From: the human T2T-CHM13v2.0 reference genome, Homo sapiens
DNA: 64,000 nucleotides
Assembly: GCF_009914755.1 (NCBI RefSeq)
Contig: NC_060931.1
Strand: one strand, 5' to 3'
Of this stretch, positions 49,567 through 64,000 are shown piece after piece. A program made the position numbers and the translations under genes. The first letter of the stretch is position 1. Each line of letters begins with the position of its first letter. The notes beneath the pieces are model-generated. The model ran no database searches. It saw nothing but the letters and a program-made list of their open reading frames with translations, and was not told where the DNA came from.

Positions 49567-52500
49567 ATCAGACATTCAAAAAATTAGATCTTAGACTCCA
49601 CAATACAAATCCCAGAGGACAATGGATTACAGTGTTGACAGGGGAGAAATATTGTCATAAAATCATTGCATACTTAGTTATGTTTTCATTGTTAAAGAAA
49701 TAAACAGACCATTTTGAGGTAGTTAAACCTCAGAGAAGAATAGCATGTATTTACTCTTCTTGAAATCTATGTTGGCTTTATGCCCCAGCTGAGATAGGAA
49801 TCAAAGGTGAGGTTGAAAATAAATAGGGATAATATAAACCGTCCACCAGATTGTGTTAAATCTAAAGAATCGTTCAGTATTTTATTGTATCTCACTGTAT
49901 GTGAAAAGAAACAAGTTTCACCAAACAATACTTAGCCTTATTTTGTATATGCAGTGCATTATAATATTTTCTATTTTGTTCTGTCTCTTTTTTTGTTCAT
50001 GCTTGACACAAAACATTAAATTGGTTTTGCAACCTACAATTTGAAATAAAAATCACAGATGTATTTATTCCAAAATAGAATACCAATAGCAAGCATAATT
50101 AAATGAGAATATATCATAGAAAATGATAACTCGAGTTTTACACTCTTATTATGTTATTAAAAGCCAGGAAGTCAGAAATGATTCAAAGAAAAAAAAATGC
50201 ATTATTTGTCCCCTGCTAAAAGTGATTGTGACTCTTGTTGGCATTGGGAGGCAGTGGGGCTGCTTTTCATGTCTGTGGTCTTTGCGTGTTGTTTTGGGTT
50301 TCTGTCCTTCTTTTCTAGCTTATGATCCTCTGAACCCCTTCCTATTTTGAGTTATCCTCAACCCCTAGTGACAAGTCATGGGCTCTTCCAGAAGACATTT
50401 CCTTCTTCAAAGCTAGAGGAATGCACTGGAGAGTAGCATGTCAGCCTGTGAGTCCACCTGTGCTATCCCGAGTACCCAGGGAGTGAGCAGAAGACTTTGA
50501 AGAAGTTCTGGGTAATCACTAGTCTGACCAACCTTGAATGGTACATGGCCCATGGGGCTACTAGGGAGGAAAGAGAAGGACAACCTTCTTGAAGACACAC
50601 TTGGCTTGTATAACCTCATAAGAATGGTTCTTCAGTTATTGAAAGCAGAGTTTTGGGCCACCACAATAAAGTCACACCCCCTGATCCAAACCCACCAGCA
50701 GAGTTTACAAGCCTAGAGCACCAACACTGAAGAGCCCAATGGCCCCAGCGATAATATTTCCTGTGTGTACTGGGAGTATTACTCTCAGCCTCCCATGGAG
50801 AGAGGCCTTTGGAGAATATTAGAGAAAAAGAAATACTCACACCTCGCTGTGTGATCAGACAATGGCTCAGAACTAATACTATATCTTGAGGTCACTAGAG
50901 TGCCTTAGTCAAAGATTTAGGGGGCAAGTGATTAATAGAATACTTAGACCCCCTTAAGCCCTAGGAGAACACTATACCCATGTGTAATATTTCTGCAGCT
51001 TCTAAAAATACTGTTGAAAGGTATACCTTAAAGACGGAAGAAAGTCTGCATTGGTTCTCTGTCCTGTAAAGGCTGTAATTTTATGAAGGGGCTGGGAATT
51101 TCTCCTCTTTACCAAAATAGTCAGTAAAAAGCAATGTCTTGTCCCTGGAGGAAATGTGGATCTCCCTCTTTCTTTGGCAGTACCCGGGGCAGCGGAGTCC
51201 TCACTCTGGGCCATCACAGGCTTGCTTCCGTGCTGAGCACAGTGGTTGCTGCTGGTCCTCATGTGGGCTCCTTACTGGAGCAAATTAGCAGAGTTCCTGG
51301 CTCCTGTCCTGTAGTCTACAATTTGGTGATTTTCTACCTTACTGCAGTTAGAATTTTAAAAAGAGGTGTCTGGCTTGTTTTTTTGTTGTTTTCTATTTGC
51401 TTTTTTACCTGGAAGGGATGGAAGTACCTTTACATTATAATCTTGCCTCCAAGTTGCATTGATTTTCCAGATCTAAGCCATAATTTAGTCAGCCTGACCG
51501 TCCCCTAGGATGTCCTATTGATGAGATCTGGAGATCAGGAAGAAGCAGCACCTTAGAGGCCTTTATGTATTTATATACACACTCTACAGGATGGAAAAAC
51601 TATATAAAATATGTGAAGCCATGGATGGCTCCAAACATATCTTTAAACATTCAAGGAAGTAATAATTCCAGTCTTTCACCAACTATTGCAGTCAATAGAA
51701 AGACAAGGAATGCTCTCCAATACATTTTATAAGGCAAGCATTATCTTGCTAGAGGGTCTGACCATGACAGTGTGAGAGAAAAGACCATTACAGGTTAATC
51801 TAACTCGTGGATGTAGGTGCAAAAATCATCCACAGAATAATGGCAGAACAAACCCAGCAATATATAATATATCACTTGAAATAAACATAGTTTATTCCGG
51901 GAATGCAAAGTTGGAAAAACCCACAATAAAATGCTCAACAGTCTTAGACTGGATTTCCCCCAGAAGCAGACACAAGACAAGAATTTGAGTCTAATCAATT
52001 TATTTAAGAGTTTCAGGAACCACCAGTAGAGGAGGAGGAAATAAGATTAAAAAAATGTAGGCAGAATGTGTTATCAAACTCGTTACCACTACATGCAACA
52101 GGAGTTTAATCCCACGGGGGTTTCAGATAGCATGAAACACACACCTCAGGGTTGTCTCCAGCCAAAGAAGAATCTGGAATATATAAATACCAGCTCCTGT
52201 CAGTCACTGTTCGAGGGTGCTGGCCCTGGGAGGGAAAAAAGAAAGTTAGAGGTTAATACCCAGGCACTTCAAGTCCGCCTTATGAGGAGAGAGAACAGTT
52301 TTCTGCAGCTTCCAGGACAGTCTTCAGGAGGAGAACTGCAGATTGTGGCAGCTGGAGACTTGCTTACATGTTGACGTGCTCAATTCACAGAATAAAAGAA
52401 AAAAGCATACATAGATCTCATTAGATGAGGGAAAGGCATTTGATGAAATTCAATATCCATTCATGATTAGAAAACTATAGGAACAGAAAAACATCCATCT

Positions 52501-53109
52501 TTACCCTGGTAAAGGGTATTTTTTAAAAATGTTAGCAAACATTGTTCTTAATTATGACACATGGAATATTTTTCCTTTTATAATCAGAAATGAGGAACAA
52601 AACAATGATGCCCATTACCCCACATCTATCTCCCATGCAAAACTGTTCTTAGAAACATTTTACTAATCCACAATTAGGAAGAACATAAATGACAATCATT
52701 AGCAGTAGAATATATAAGCAAGTCGTATATTCACCAAAAGGAAGACTGGGCAGTAAAGAAAATGAATAAATTATGGCTATTTACAGCATTATGAATGAAT
52801 AATTCATGGACTCTTTGAAAAAAATCTAGCAAAGTAAAATCTAAATGAGAAAAGAGTAAATGACAGTACAGCACCTAAATTTTAAGTAGGTAAAGATTCA
52901 ACATCAAAAGATGTAAAACTAAGGGAGAAAAACCAACATACATAATTGTCAAAAATCAGTATCCTCACATACTAGTTTTAAAAATCTTATTTCAATAAAC
53001 AAAAATACCTCAGTAATTTAAAATTTGGGCAAATCATAATTTTTCTAGAAAAAAATAGCCAGTACATGAAAATTTTCAGCCTCACTGAAAATAAAGCAAT
53101 TACACCATG

Positions 53110-53455
53110 ACTATGATGGACTAAATATTTGTGAACCATCAATTCATAAATTGAAATTCTAACTCTAAAGTGAGGGTATTTAGAGCTGAGGCCTTTGAGA
53201 AATAATTAGGTCATGAGAGTGAAGTCTATGAAATGGGATTATTACTCTTATAAAAGAGAACCAGAGACCTGCCTCTTCCTTTTTCACCATGTGAGGACAC
53301 AGTGAGAAGACAGCTGACTATGAACCTATGAGCTGGAAGCAAACCCTCAGCAAATCTGCAAACCTCCCAGCCTGCAGAACCATAGGAAGTCAGTGTTTGA
53401 TTAAGTCATCCAACCTATGGTATTCTTATTTTCACAGCCTGAACAAACTAAAACA
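53110..53455 (+). mobile_element. MaLR solo LTR (MST/MLT1A-like)
   Basis: Similar to 8937-9296 (gacacagtgagaagaca, tcccagcct, tatggtattct). Confidence 0.7.
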
Positions 53456-53769
53456 GAGAAATTAATGCTTTGTATATATAATTATGAATTTTAGAAAAAT
53501 GTATGTTCTTAAATATTTTATTTCCAAACAAGAAAGAAATTGTATAAATTATATTCTCAACCTGAGAAGGTAACAATTACTATTCAAATGAACCACAGGA
53601 TAAAAAGACATAATAAAGATAAAAATAATAAACTATATAATGGAAAAACTTTAAAGAACAGATAGGAGAAAGTTGTTGGACAAATAATAGCAAAATAAGT
53701 AAAACTCTGGGTAATAAAGTCAAGAAAAAAGTGAAAGAAATAAATTTTTAAGACTTATAAGAAGAGATG

Positions 53770-54070
53770 AGCCAGGCGTGGTGGCTCATCCTGGTAATCC
53801 ATGCACTTTGGGAGGCCGAGGGGGGTGGATCACGAGGTCAGGAGATGGAGACCATCCTGGCCAGCATAGTGAAACCCTGTCTCTACTAAAAAGACAGAAA
53901 TTAGCTGGATGTGGTGGTGTGTGCCTGTAATTCCAGCTACTTGGGAGGCTGAAGCTGGAGAATCACTTGAACCCAGAGGTGGAGGTTGCAGTGAGCCGAG
54001 ATCGCGCCACTTCACTCCAGCCTGGTGACAGAGCAAGACTCTATCTCAAACAAAAAAAAAAAAAAAAAAA
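53770..54070 (+). mobile_element. Alu (S-type)
   Basis: Forward Alu with polyA tail; AAGAAGAGA(GA)TGA on both flanks. Confidence 0.95.
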
Positions 54071-54149
54071 GAAGAGAGATGAAACATGAAAAAACTACAG
54101 AAGAATATAAGTTACATGTCATGATACTCTACAGCATATTCAGTGGCAT

Positions 54150-54890
54150 ATAAAGCTTAAAATGGCAGGGAGTAATCTCCACTTTCAGTTAAATGAAACT
54201 AGTGTTTTCACCTGGTACAGGCATGTTTCCGTTGGAACCAAAGGTAGTAGAGCTTGATAGAGGAAGAATATAAAAATTCTGTAAGTGAGAAATCTTGTGT
54301 AATAGTGGAGAAAACACTCCCACTTGGTCCTTGATTCCTGGACCCATATATTCAAGCTTTGGAAAAATCAGCACCCCATATCACACGCTGATTCAAATCA
54401 TCTACTATCTTTAGGACAGTGCTTCTTTTTTTCTGGGTGTTGGCTCCAATTAGGATATAGCTAAGTCTTCCCAAGGCCAGGGCATTTGTTTCATCAGGTT
54501 AGCTGCTTCTGGGTGAGAGGGAAGCTAGGTGTAGTATGGTGAGTCCTCTGGGCCTGAGTCCTTCAACGCATGTCCTCTGTGCAATAAGCACATTAATCAG
54601 AGGCAATGTTGGGATAATAGTGCCGGCAAAAGCACGATCATAGAGAGGAAAACCCACATGCAGAAAGCCTGTGTTTTCCCAAGCAAAGGCCCACCCCCTC
54701 CATGATGGAGAGAATCCAGTGTCACCAACTGAATACCAGAGCATCCTGGGAATGTGGGGGTCTCAGCGCCAGTTTCTACTATCAGCAAGTTGGTCACTCA
54801 ACAGTTGTAGCAACCAAAACAGCCCCTGTGTGGCGGAGCCCCAGGCATTGAGCCCAAGCAAGCATACGTATACACTTAAGATAAGATGAA
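54150..54890 (-). mobile_element. ERVL-class internal fragment
   Basis: The minus strand contains gggtccaggaatcaagg...gggagtg, resembling my recall of ERVL pol 3' sequence. Confidence 0.4.
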
Positions 54891-54899
54891 GTTAGGCAA

Positions 54900-57800
54900 G
54901 ATAGTACAAGACTGCAATACACTAGAAAAATAGTAATCACCTCCATAGACAATAAATAGTATTCGATAACATTTAAAATATTTTTAAAATAACCTTATAA
55001 ACTTGAATTTGAAAGATACTTTCTCAATAAAAGAAATTAAATCTATTTAAAACTAACAACAGACCACCTTTTTAACTTTTAAACACTACAAACACTTCTA
55101 TTAAGCTTAGAAACAACCAGAATCTCTGCTATTAATGTTTAATATTTAATATTGATCTAATAATCTAGTGAGCACAAAAGAGAAATAAGAAACAAAAACT
55201 GGAAAGAGTATAATCATTACAATTGGAATGTAATATAATTATCTGCTAAAAAGCACAACAGAATAAACTGACTTTTTTGGAGCTAGTAATTGACTCTAGT
55301 ATGATAAAAGATAAAATATTAATATACAAAACAGCATTTTCCTCTATGTTAGTTAGAAAAAACATAATGGAAATGGAAATGCATTCGCAATGAGAACACA
55401 CACACATAAATTTAGCAAGAATAACAATGTCAAGAAATATGCCATACCTAAATGAAGAAAACAAAACAAAGCAAAATACTGAGGGCGCAAAGGAAGATTA
55501 ATTACTGGAAAATTATACACTGTTTCAGAATGAGTCTCTATAAAGATAACAATCCTTCCTAAAGTCATGCATCTCCAAATATATCCTAGATAGTTTTGGT
55601 GGATTTTTTCTTTTTTGGAATTTTGCCAAATTACTTTAAACTTGATCTTAGAGAAGAAATGAAGGAAAATAGCCAAAGAAGATTTTTAAAGATAAATGAA
55701 TGGAGAGTTAACCACCAAGATAATGAAAGTACAATAATTAAAAGATTGTGGTGCAGGTCCAAAAATTGACAGGAAGATGAATGAAACACAACAAATGGTC
55801 CAGAAAGTGCTTGATTGTATTTAAATAATAATACATGATAAAGATGAGATGGACAGGAACTGGGAAGGTGGGGTATTCAATCAGTAATTATGATTTGATT
55901 AAAAAGGCAGTTGAATAGTCCCTATTCACCACAAACCCATGAACATTCTAGAGGATTAGACAATTACATGGAAAAATCAAGACATTCGAAACTGGTGGCA
56001 AAAAAACTTCTAAGCATGAAGCACTGGAAATAAGCAATTACAAGGGAAAGTAATAAACTGTGTTGAAACACAAAATTTCTGTAAGTAAACAAAAAATTGA
56101 AAGACAACAACTTGAAAAAAGGAAAAAAAAAAACACAGATAAGTGAATTATACCCTTAATATTAAGGAGATTATAAATAAGAAAAGAACTGACTAATTGG
56201 AAAATGGGCTGAAGACACATACAGCTACCAAACAAAAGAAAAAAAATATATTTAAAATAGGAAGAAAGGGACACAGAAGTGATATAGAGGAAATTAAAAT
56301 TATAAGAATATTTTATATAAACCTATGCGAATATATTTGAAAATATAAATGTAGTGAGGATATAGGCATTAAATGCTTTTTCATCTACTCAGTACTCTGC
56401 AGACATTCATTGCCTAGGTGATCTCTGTTATTTGTCATTATAAAGAAAATGCCTGAAGACAGTCTGAATTTTATCTTAGGGTTGATCCAATTTTTTTTCT
56501 AAAAGCTTTTAGGGTTTTTAATTTTATTCCTTAATGTTAAAAATTGTTGTGAAAATATTTTGTCTCTCACTCAAATTATCTATTTAACCTTTATCTAAAT
56601 ATTAGCACTCTCTGCCATTTTTGTTGCTGTAAGATGTGATGGTAGTTTTTTGGCAGCAAAAACTGCCTCCAGGAGCCTATATACACATACGGCAGAACTA
56701 TCAAGGACCTGCCTGAGAATGAACTGTTTAGACATTTGCTTTAATCTGTTTTTGCTCAAGTTTCCCAAAGTAATTTGCTCAGCATCCAGCACAAAGCAGA
56801 TGAAAATAAATATTTCCTTCTGTAGTTTCTCTTGATGACAAGATCACTTCATGGAATAGTCCAGACTTCCATTTAGGTTTAATCAGTATGCAGTTTCTCT
56901 TCTGATATGGTGGGCAAATCCACAATGGGAAAATATAATGCAAATTATGAAAGAATGACTCAAGTTAATGCAGCACTGAAGCAGGGCACGGGTGAAGGAC
57001 TGACACTTCCTAACTCCAAGACTCACTATAAAGCTATTAACAAAATAGACAAATCGATCAATGGAGTGAAAAAGAGAACTCAGAAATAGAGCCACACATT
57101 CATAGCCAATTGACCTCTGACAAAAGAGCAAAGGCAATGCTTTGGAGCAACTATAGTTTTTTACCCATGGTGCTGGAATAACCAGACACTCAAATGTCAA
57201 AAAAAAAAAAAAAAAAAAGAACCTAGACCTTACACCTTTCACAAAAATTAACTCAAAATGGATCGCAATGTAAGACTTGTAAAACTATAACTATAAAACT
57301 CTTAGAAGAAAACTTAGGGAAAATTGCCCTAGATTTGGCAATTTGTTTTTAGATACAATACCAAAAGCATACTCCTTGAAAGAAAAAAAATTGATAAGTT
57401 GAACTTCATTAAAATTAAAAACTTCTGTTCTGTGAAAAAACAGAAAAAAAAAGGTAAAAACAAGCCACATACTAAGAGAAAATATTTTCAAAACGCATAT
57501 CTGATAAAAGAGTTGCATCCCAAATATACAAAAAACAATTAAAAATGACTCATTTTAAAAATGGTTAAAGCATCTGAACAGTCATCTTACCAAAGAAAAT
57601 ATGGCATCTTTCCAAAAGAAAGTATGATGCCAATGGCAACAAAACCTATGAAAACATGCTCAGCACATATACCACTGGGGAATTCCAAATTAAAACAATG
57701 GGATCCACTACATAACTGTGAGAATATCTAAACCCAAAACACTGACACCACCAAATGCTAGTGAAGATGTGGAGCAACAGGAATTTTCATTCAATGCCAG

Positions 57801-59640
57801 TAGGAATGCAACACGGTACAACCTCTTGGGAAGACAATTTGGCAGTTTCTTACAAAACTAACATACTTGTCCCATATGATCCAATAATTATTCTCCTTAG
57901 TATTTACCCAAAAGAGTTGAAAACTTCATCTACACAAAACTCTGCACAAAGATGTTGATAGCAGCTTTATTAATAATTACCCAAATTAGAAACAACCGAC
58001 ATGTCCTTCAGTAGGTGAATAGATAAATAAACTGTGGTTTTCCAGCAATCAAATATTGTTCAGCACTGAAAAGAAGTGAGCTATCATGTCATGAAAAGAC
58101 ATGGAAGAAACTTAAATGCATATTACTAAGTGAAAGACACCAATCTGAAAAGGCCACATACTGTATGATTCCAAATATATGATATGCTGGCAAAACCAAA
58201 ACTATGGAGACAAAAAGATCAGTTGTTGCCAAGTGTTGGGGGGAGGGTGGGGTAAGTAAGTGAAACACTGGGGATTTTAGCACAGTAAAACTATTCTGTA
58301 GGACACTATAATGGTGGACAGATAGCATTCTGGCTTTGTCAATACCCACAGAATGGACAACACCAAGTGTGAACCCTAATGTAAAGCATGGCCTTTAGTT
58401 GATAATGGTGTGTCAATGTTGGTTCATCAACTTGGTAGGGGATGTTAATAGTGTGGGAGGCTATGCATGCATGGGGCAGGTGGCATATGGAAACTCTCTG
58501 TACTTTCTGCTCAGTTTTATGGTGAACCTAGAAATCAGTATATAAAAGGGATATTTGCACTCACATGCTTATTGCGGAACTATTCAAAATTGCAGAGATA
58601 AGGAATCTTAAGTGTCCATCGACAGAAAAGTGGACAAAGAAAGTGTGGTCTGTATACACAAGAGAATAGTATTCTGCCATAAAAAAAGAAGGAAATCATG
58701 TCATTTGCAGCAACATAGATGGAATTGGAGGTCGTTGTTAAATGAAATAAGCTAGAAAGGTATGTTCTCAGATGTGGGCACTAAAAAAGATGATCTCATG
58801 CAGATGCAGAGAATGATGGATACCAGAGTTTGAGAAGGGTGTGTGGGTTGGGGGAATGAAGAGACGTTGATCAGTGGGTACAAACATATAATTAGATAGG
58901 CGATATGAGTTCTAAGGTTCCATAGGATAACTATAGTTAGCAGGAATGTATTGCATATTTCAAAGTAGCTAGAAGAGAGGACTTGAAATATTTCCAATGC
59001 GTAGAAATGACAACTACTCAAGGTGCTGGACACCTCAAATATCCTGACTTGATCATTACACATTATATGCATGTAACAAATACTCACGTGTACCCCATAT
59101 ATATGGAAAATATTATGTATGAATTTTTAAAAGCCTATTAGCAAAAAGAAATGTGTTATCAAGTCACAAAAAAGACATGGGGGGAACCTTAAATGCATAT
59201 TACTTAGTGAAATAAGTCAATCTGAAAAGGGTGCATACTGTATTATTCCAAGTATATGACATTCTGGAAAAGCAAAACTATAGGGACTTAAAAGGATTAA
59301 TACTTGCCAGGAATTCATGGGTACAGGGGAAATATGAAGAGATGAAGCACAGGGGTTTTGGTACAGTGGAACTATTCTGTATGATACTATAATAGTGAGT
59401 ACATGAAGTACATTTTTAGAACTACACAAGACAAAGTGTGAACGTTAATGTAAACTACAGACTTTAGTTAATAATTACATATCAATATTAGTTCATCAGT
59501 ATTTACAAATGTACAGCAGTACATGATGGTAGTAATAGGAGAAAACAGTAGAGGAGAGAGAGGGTATATTAGAGCTCTCTGTACTATCTGCTCAATTTTC
59601 TGTAAACCTAAAACTGCTCTAAAAAACAAAAGCTATTAAT
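54900..59640 (+). mobile_element. Cluster of nested old L1 3' fragments (L1M/L1MC/L1MA-like)
   Basis: A-rich L1 ORF2-end and 3' UTR motifs (acaaaaattaactcaaaatggatc, catgtcatttgcagcaacat, tgacttgatcattacacatt). Confidence 0.8.
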
Positions 59641-61911
59641 CTTTTTTTAAAAGGTGACTCTGATGCTGTAAAATGTGTCAACACACTTTACTGTGTTTCA
59701 AAAAAAATTTGAGACACTCTAACCACTCAGCATGATTGAGGTCAAGGATTTGGACAGGGTTGCAACAATCACTTTGCTATTACTCTTATGTCTTTAATGT
59801 CAAATGCCAATGTCACTAAGTAATTATGAAGTCAATATCTTCAACTAAAAATCAAGACAAACAATAATTATATCTTCACACACCGAGATGCAAAATACAC
59901 ACTAAACTTTATGCTACTAAAAATGTTATGATTATGTTGATTATGCAAAGAAAACTATAATGGAAGCAATGAGCCCTTAAAGTACATCATACACATTTTC
60001 TACATGATGCCAAGTTAGGAATTTTTGCTACAAGATTTCATTCTGCCTGCATGTCAAATTCAAAGGTTTGAAAATGTGAATCACAGACCTATGGGTGGAT
60101 GCCAGTGGTCCATTTCATAAGTTTCTCTAAAATATATCTATCTCTAGCAGTAATGTAGGCTCTTGGAGTTGAAATGGAGTAGAAATACAATGCATGCATA
60201 TAAAGAAAGAAAGGAAACAAGGGAGGAGAGAAGCAAAAGAAAATAAATATAAAGGAAAGAATGAAGATTCCTTGATTGAGCTGTGTGTGAAAATGCCTAA
60301 ATTCATTGTTTAAGCCTGAGAGAGTTCTGAGTATTCTCCATCCTACAGAATTTTAGGAATCAGAAAGATAGTCAAACTCTTTTGTATCTGACTTATATTT
60401 CAAATTTCTGAGAATATCAGAAAGTGTTAGATACAGCACTGGTTGCCTTGAAACTAAGCTCATTTTCCTCCGAACCTCTTGCAGATTTTTCTTAAATAAT
60501 CTGTTTTGTATGTATTTGCTTCAATGACAGTTATGGATAAGGCTGACGTGCCTAAAATATTTTAATGTTCCAAGACAGGAATGCATCAAATGTTTAATAA
60601 GAGCCTCACTTCATTTTTAAATTGGCAGCAACAGCACACATTCTCATATTCCCCAGCATTAACACATACCTGTTCCCTTTATTATAGCAACAGCATGGTT
60701 GGAATGAACAGCACTGTCACATCATTTTAGATGTTTATTGTGGTGCAGCGTTGCATTTTATTATCCACAGTTTCAGGCAGTGAATGAAAATGATTTATAC
60801 AAGCTTCTTAAATTATACCTATCTGTAGAAACATGACTAGGCTTTTAGATGACAATGATGCTTCTTTTTGTTACATATTAATTTGATTGCCTTCCTCCTT
60901 TCTCTTTTACCTTCCTTTTATGCTCTTTCAGGGAGTGAGAGGGTAGAAAGGAGAAACTCATAAATTTGAGAAGAGTGGGTATGGGCATTGGGAAAGAACA
61001 GATAAAATTGCAAAAATAAGGGATCCTCGTGGTACCAGACAACAATAAAGATGGCCCCAGGAGACCAATCTTAAAGCATGTTAGGGAAGAATTCCATCGA
61101 AAATCTCTAAAATCAAAATACTAATTATATTGACAGGAAAACTAGAAGAGGTGAAGTTACTGATGTCACCATTAAACTCAGCAAAATTAGAATCCTAAAT
61201 GAATGCTGATGTACTCTAATTCATCTTAGGTCCTGTATTGTTTTCCCACAATATACAGGAGAGAATGTACATATTGAATGGTTTCATGAACTATTGCCAC
61301 AAGGCATTAACCTATATATTCTTTATAATATCTATCATATTTATTATAAATGTCTAACAAAGTAAGAAATATGTACACAATTATAATAATATGCAAACCA
61401 TATAATATAAATAGTTTCCTTAGCTTGTTAAATCCAGTTGGTAACCAATGAACCCATCCAATGAATGCATAGTATAATTTTGCTCAACACTTTTCAATAT
61501 CTCCCATGTGTCCATAAAACATAAATTATGTTAAGTCGGCAATTAGAAGTCTTCAAGGCCTGGGCTCACCCTATGGTCTTGGCCCCATCCCATACTGATT
61601 CTTCCCAGATACTCTCTGGTTCAACAAAAACCCTATTTACCACACCCCAATGCACTGCAAGTTGTCATTAGTGACACAACCCAAGCCTCAGGATGATACA
61701 TCTCAGACTATTTTTTAAATGTCTCTTCACACGCACAAAAAAAAAACCACCTGTTCATCCAATTATTTTCAAGAAGTAGCAGATACTATGGGAAAAGTTT
61801 ATAATGTCCAAAACAGTAAGGTCCACGTATTCTTCAGCACAAAAAACGTCATAGGTCTTCATCAATTATATATACAGATAAGTGTTTCAACAGAGGAAAT
61901 AATCACAAATA

Positions 61912-63392
<1,481 letters not shown>

Positions 63393-64000
63393 GAATAGTC
63401 ACAAAAGCTACCTTTCCATGTCATTGCCAGCATTTCACCCCTCCCTGCCTTGTCACCTGACCTCTTTGTTGGCCTGGTCCACCCTGCCTGACTTACCCAC
63501 TCTAGGCTCATCACATTCATTATCTGAAGCTTCCAATTCACCTTAGGGGTTTGCAGTTAAGGTGTTTCTGTAATTTGGTGTGTTTCATTTTAGGTGTCTC
63601 ATTTAAAAACACAGATTTCAGGGAATTTAAATGACATGGCTAAGCCAGTTACAGAAGACAGGAAAAGACAGGATTCACAGATACTGTTTTCTAAGCCAGT
63701 GTCTTCCTCCTCCTCCACGCTCCTTTCCATAAAAATGATGCCTTTCACCAGAGAAGTGTCGTGGCCGTGATGAGCCACTTAACCTCCCTGAGCCCCAATT
63801 TCCTCATCTGTCAGAGGGAATTATGAGTTCTGTCCTGCCTATCTTGTATGGCAGCTGCAAGAAGCAAATAAGATAATGTATGTGAAGAAGTTTCTGAAGT
63901 GCTAATAAAAAATTAAAAGTGTCATTTTATTATCTGCACATGAAAGACAACTCATGAGCACTGGGATTAAAAATACCAGATTTAACCTCTTACTGTGTTG

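Noticed and set aside
58090-59640. Two similar segments (~58093-58530 and ~59170-59640)
   Set aside because: Both are diverged L1 3'-end sequence, better explained by repeat structure or nesting than by a locus-specific duplication.

Overview
This is human-type (primate) genomic DNA: AT-rich and dense in Alu, L1, L2, MIR, LTR and DNA-transposon remnants. It holds one complete protein-coding gene on the + strand, which I recognise as VSTM2A (signal peptide plus one V-set Ig domain). Coding exons: 18704-18782, 20595-20761, 22920-22970 and 25808-26144. The sequence supports three alternative ends: acceptor 44943 (236 aa, hydrophobic tail), acceptor 45065 (240 aa, basic tail), and read-through into intron 4 with an intronic AATAAA (244 aa). 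I found no wholly new gene system. The best leads are: (1) a possible splice-controlled switch between GPI-anchored and secreted forms; (2) a locally templated ~167-bp insertion with an 8-bp flanking direct repeat, next to nested inverted repeats; (3) a cluster of REST/RE1-like sites; (4) a ~1.1-kb purine tract inside the intragenic CpG island; (5) a uORF plus an AUG-stop element in the 5' leader. Repeat family names and boundaries come from recall of consensus sequences and are approximate.
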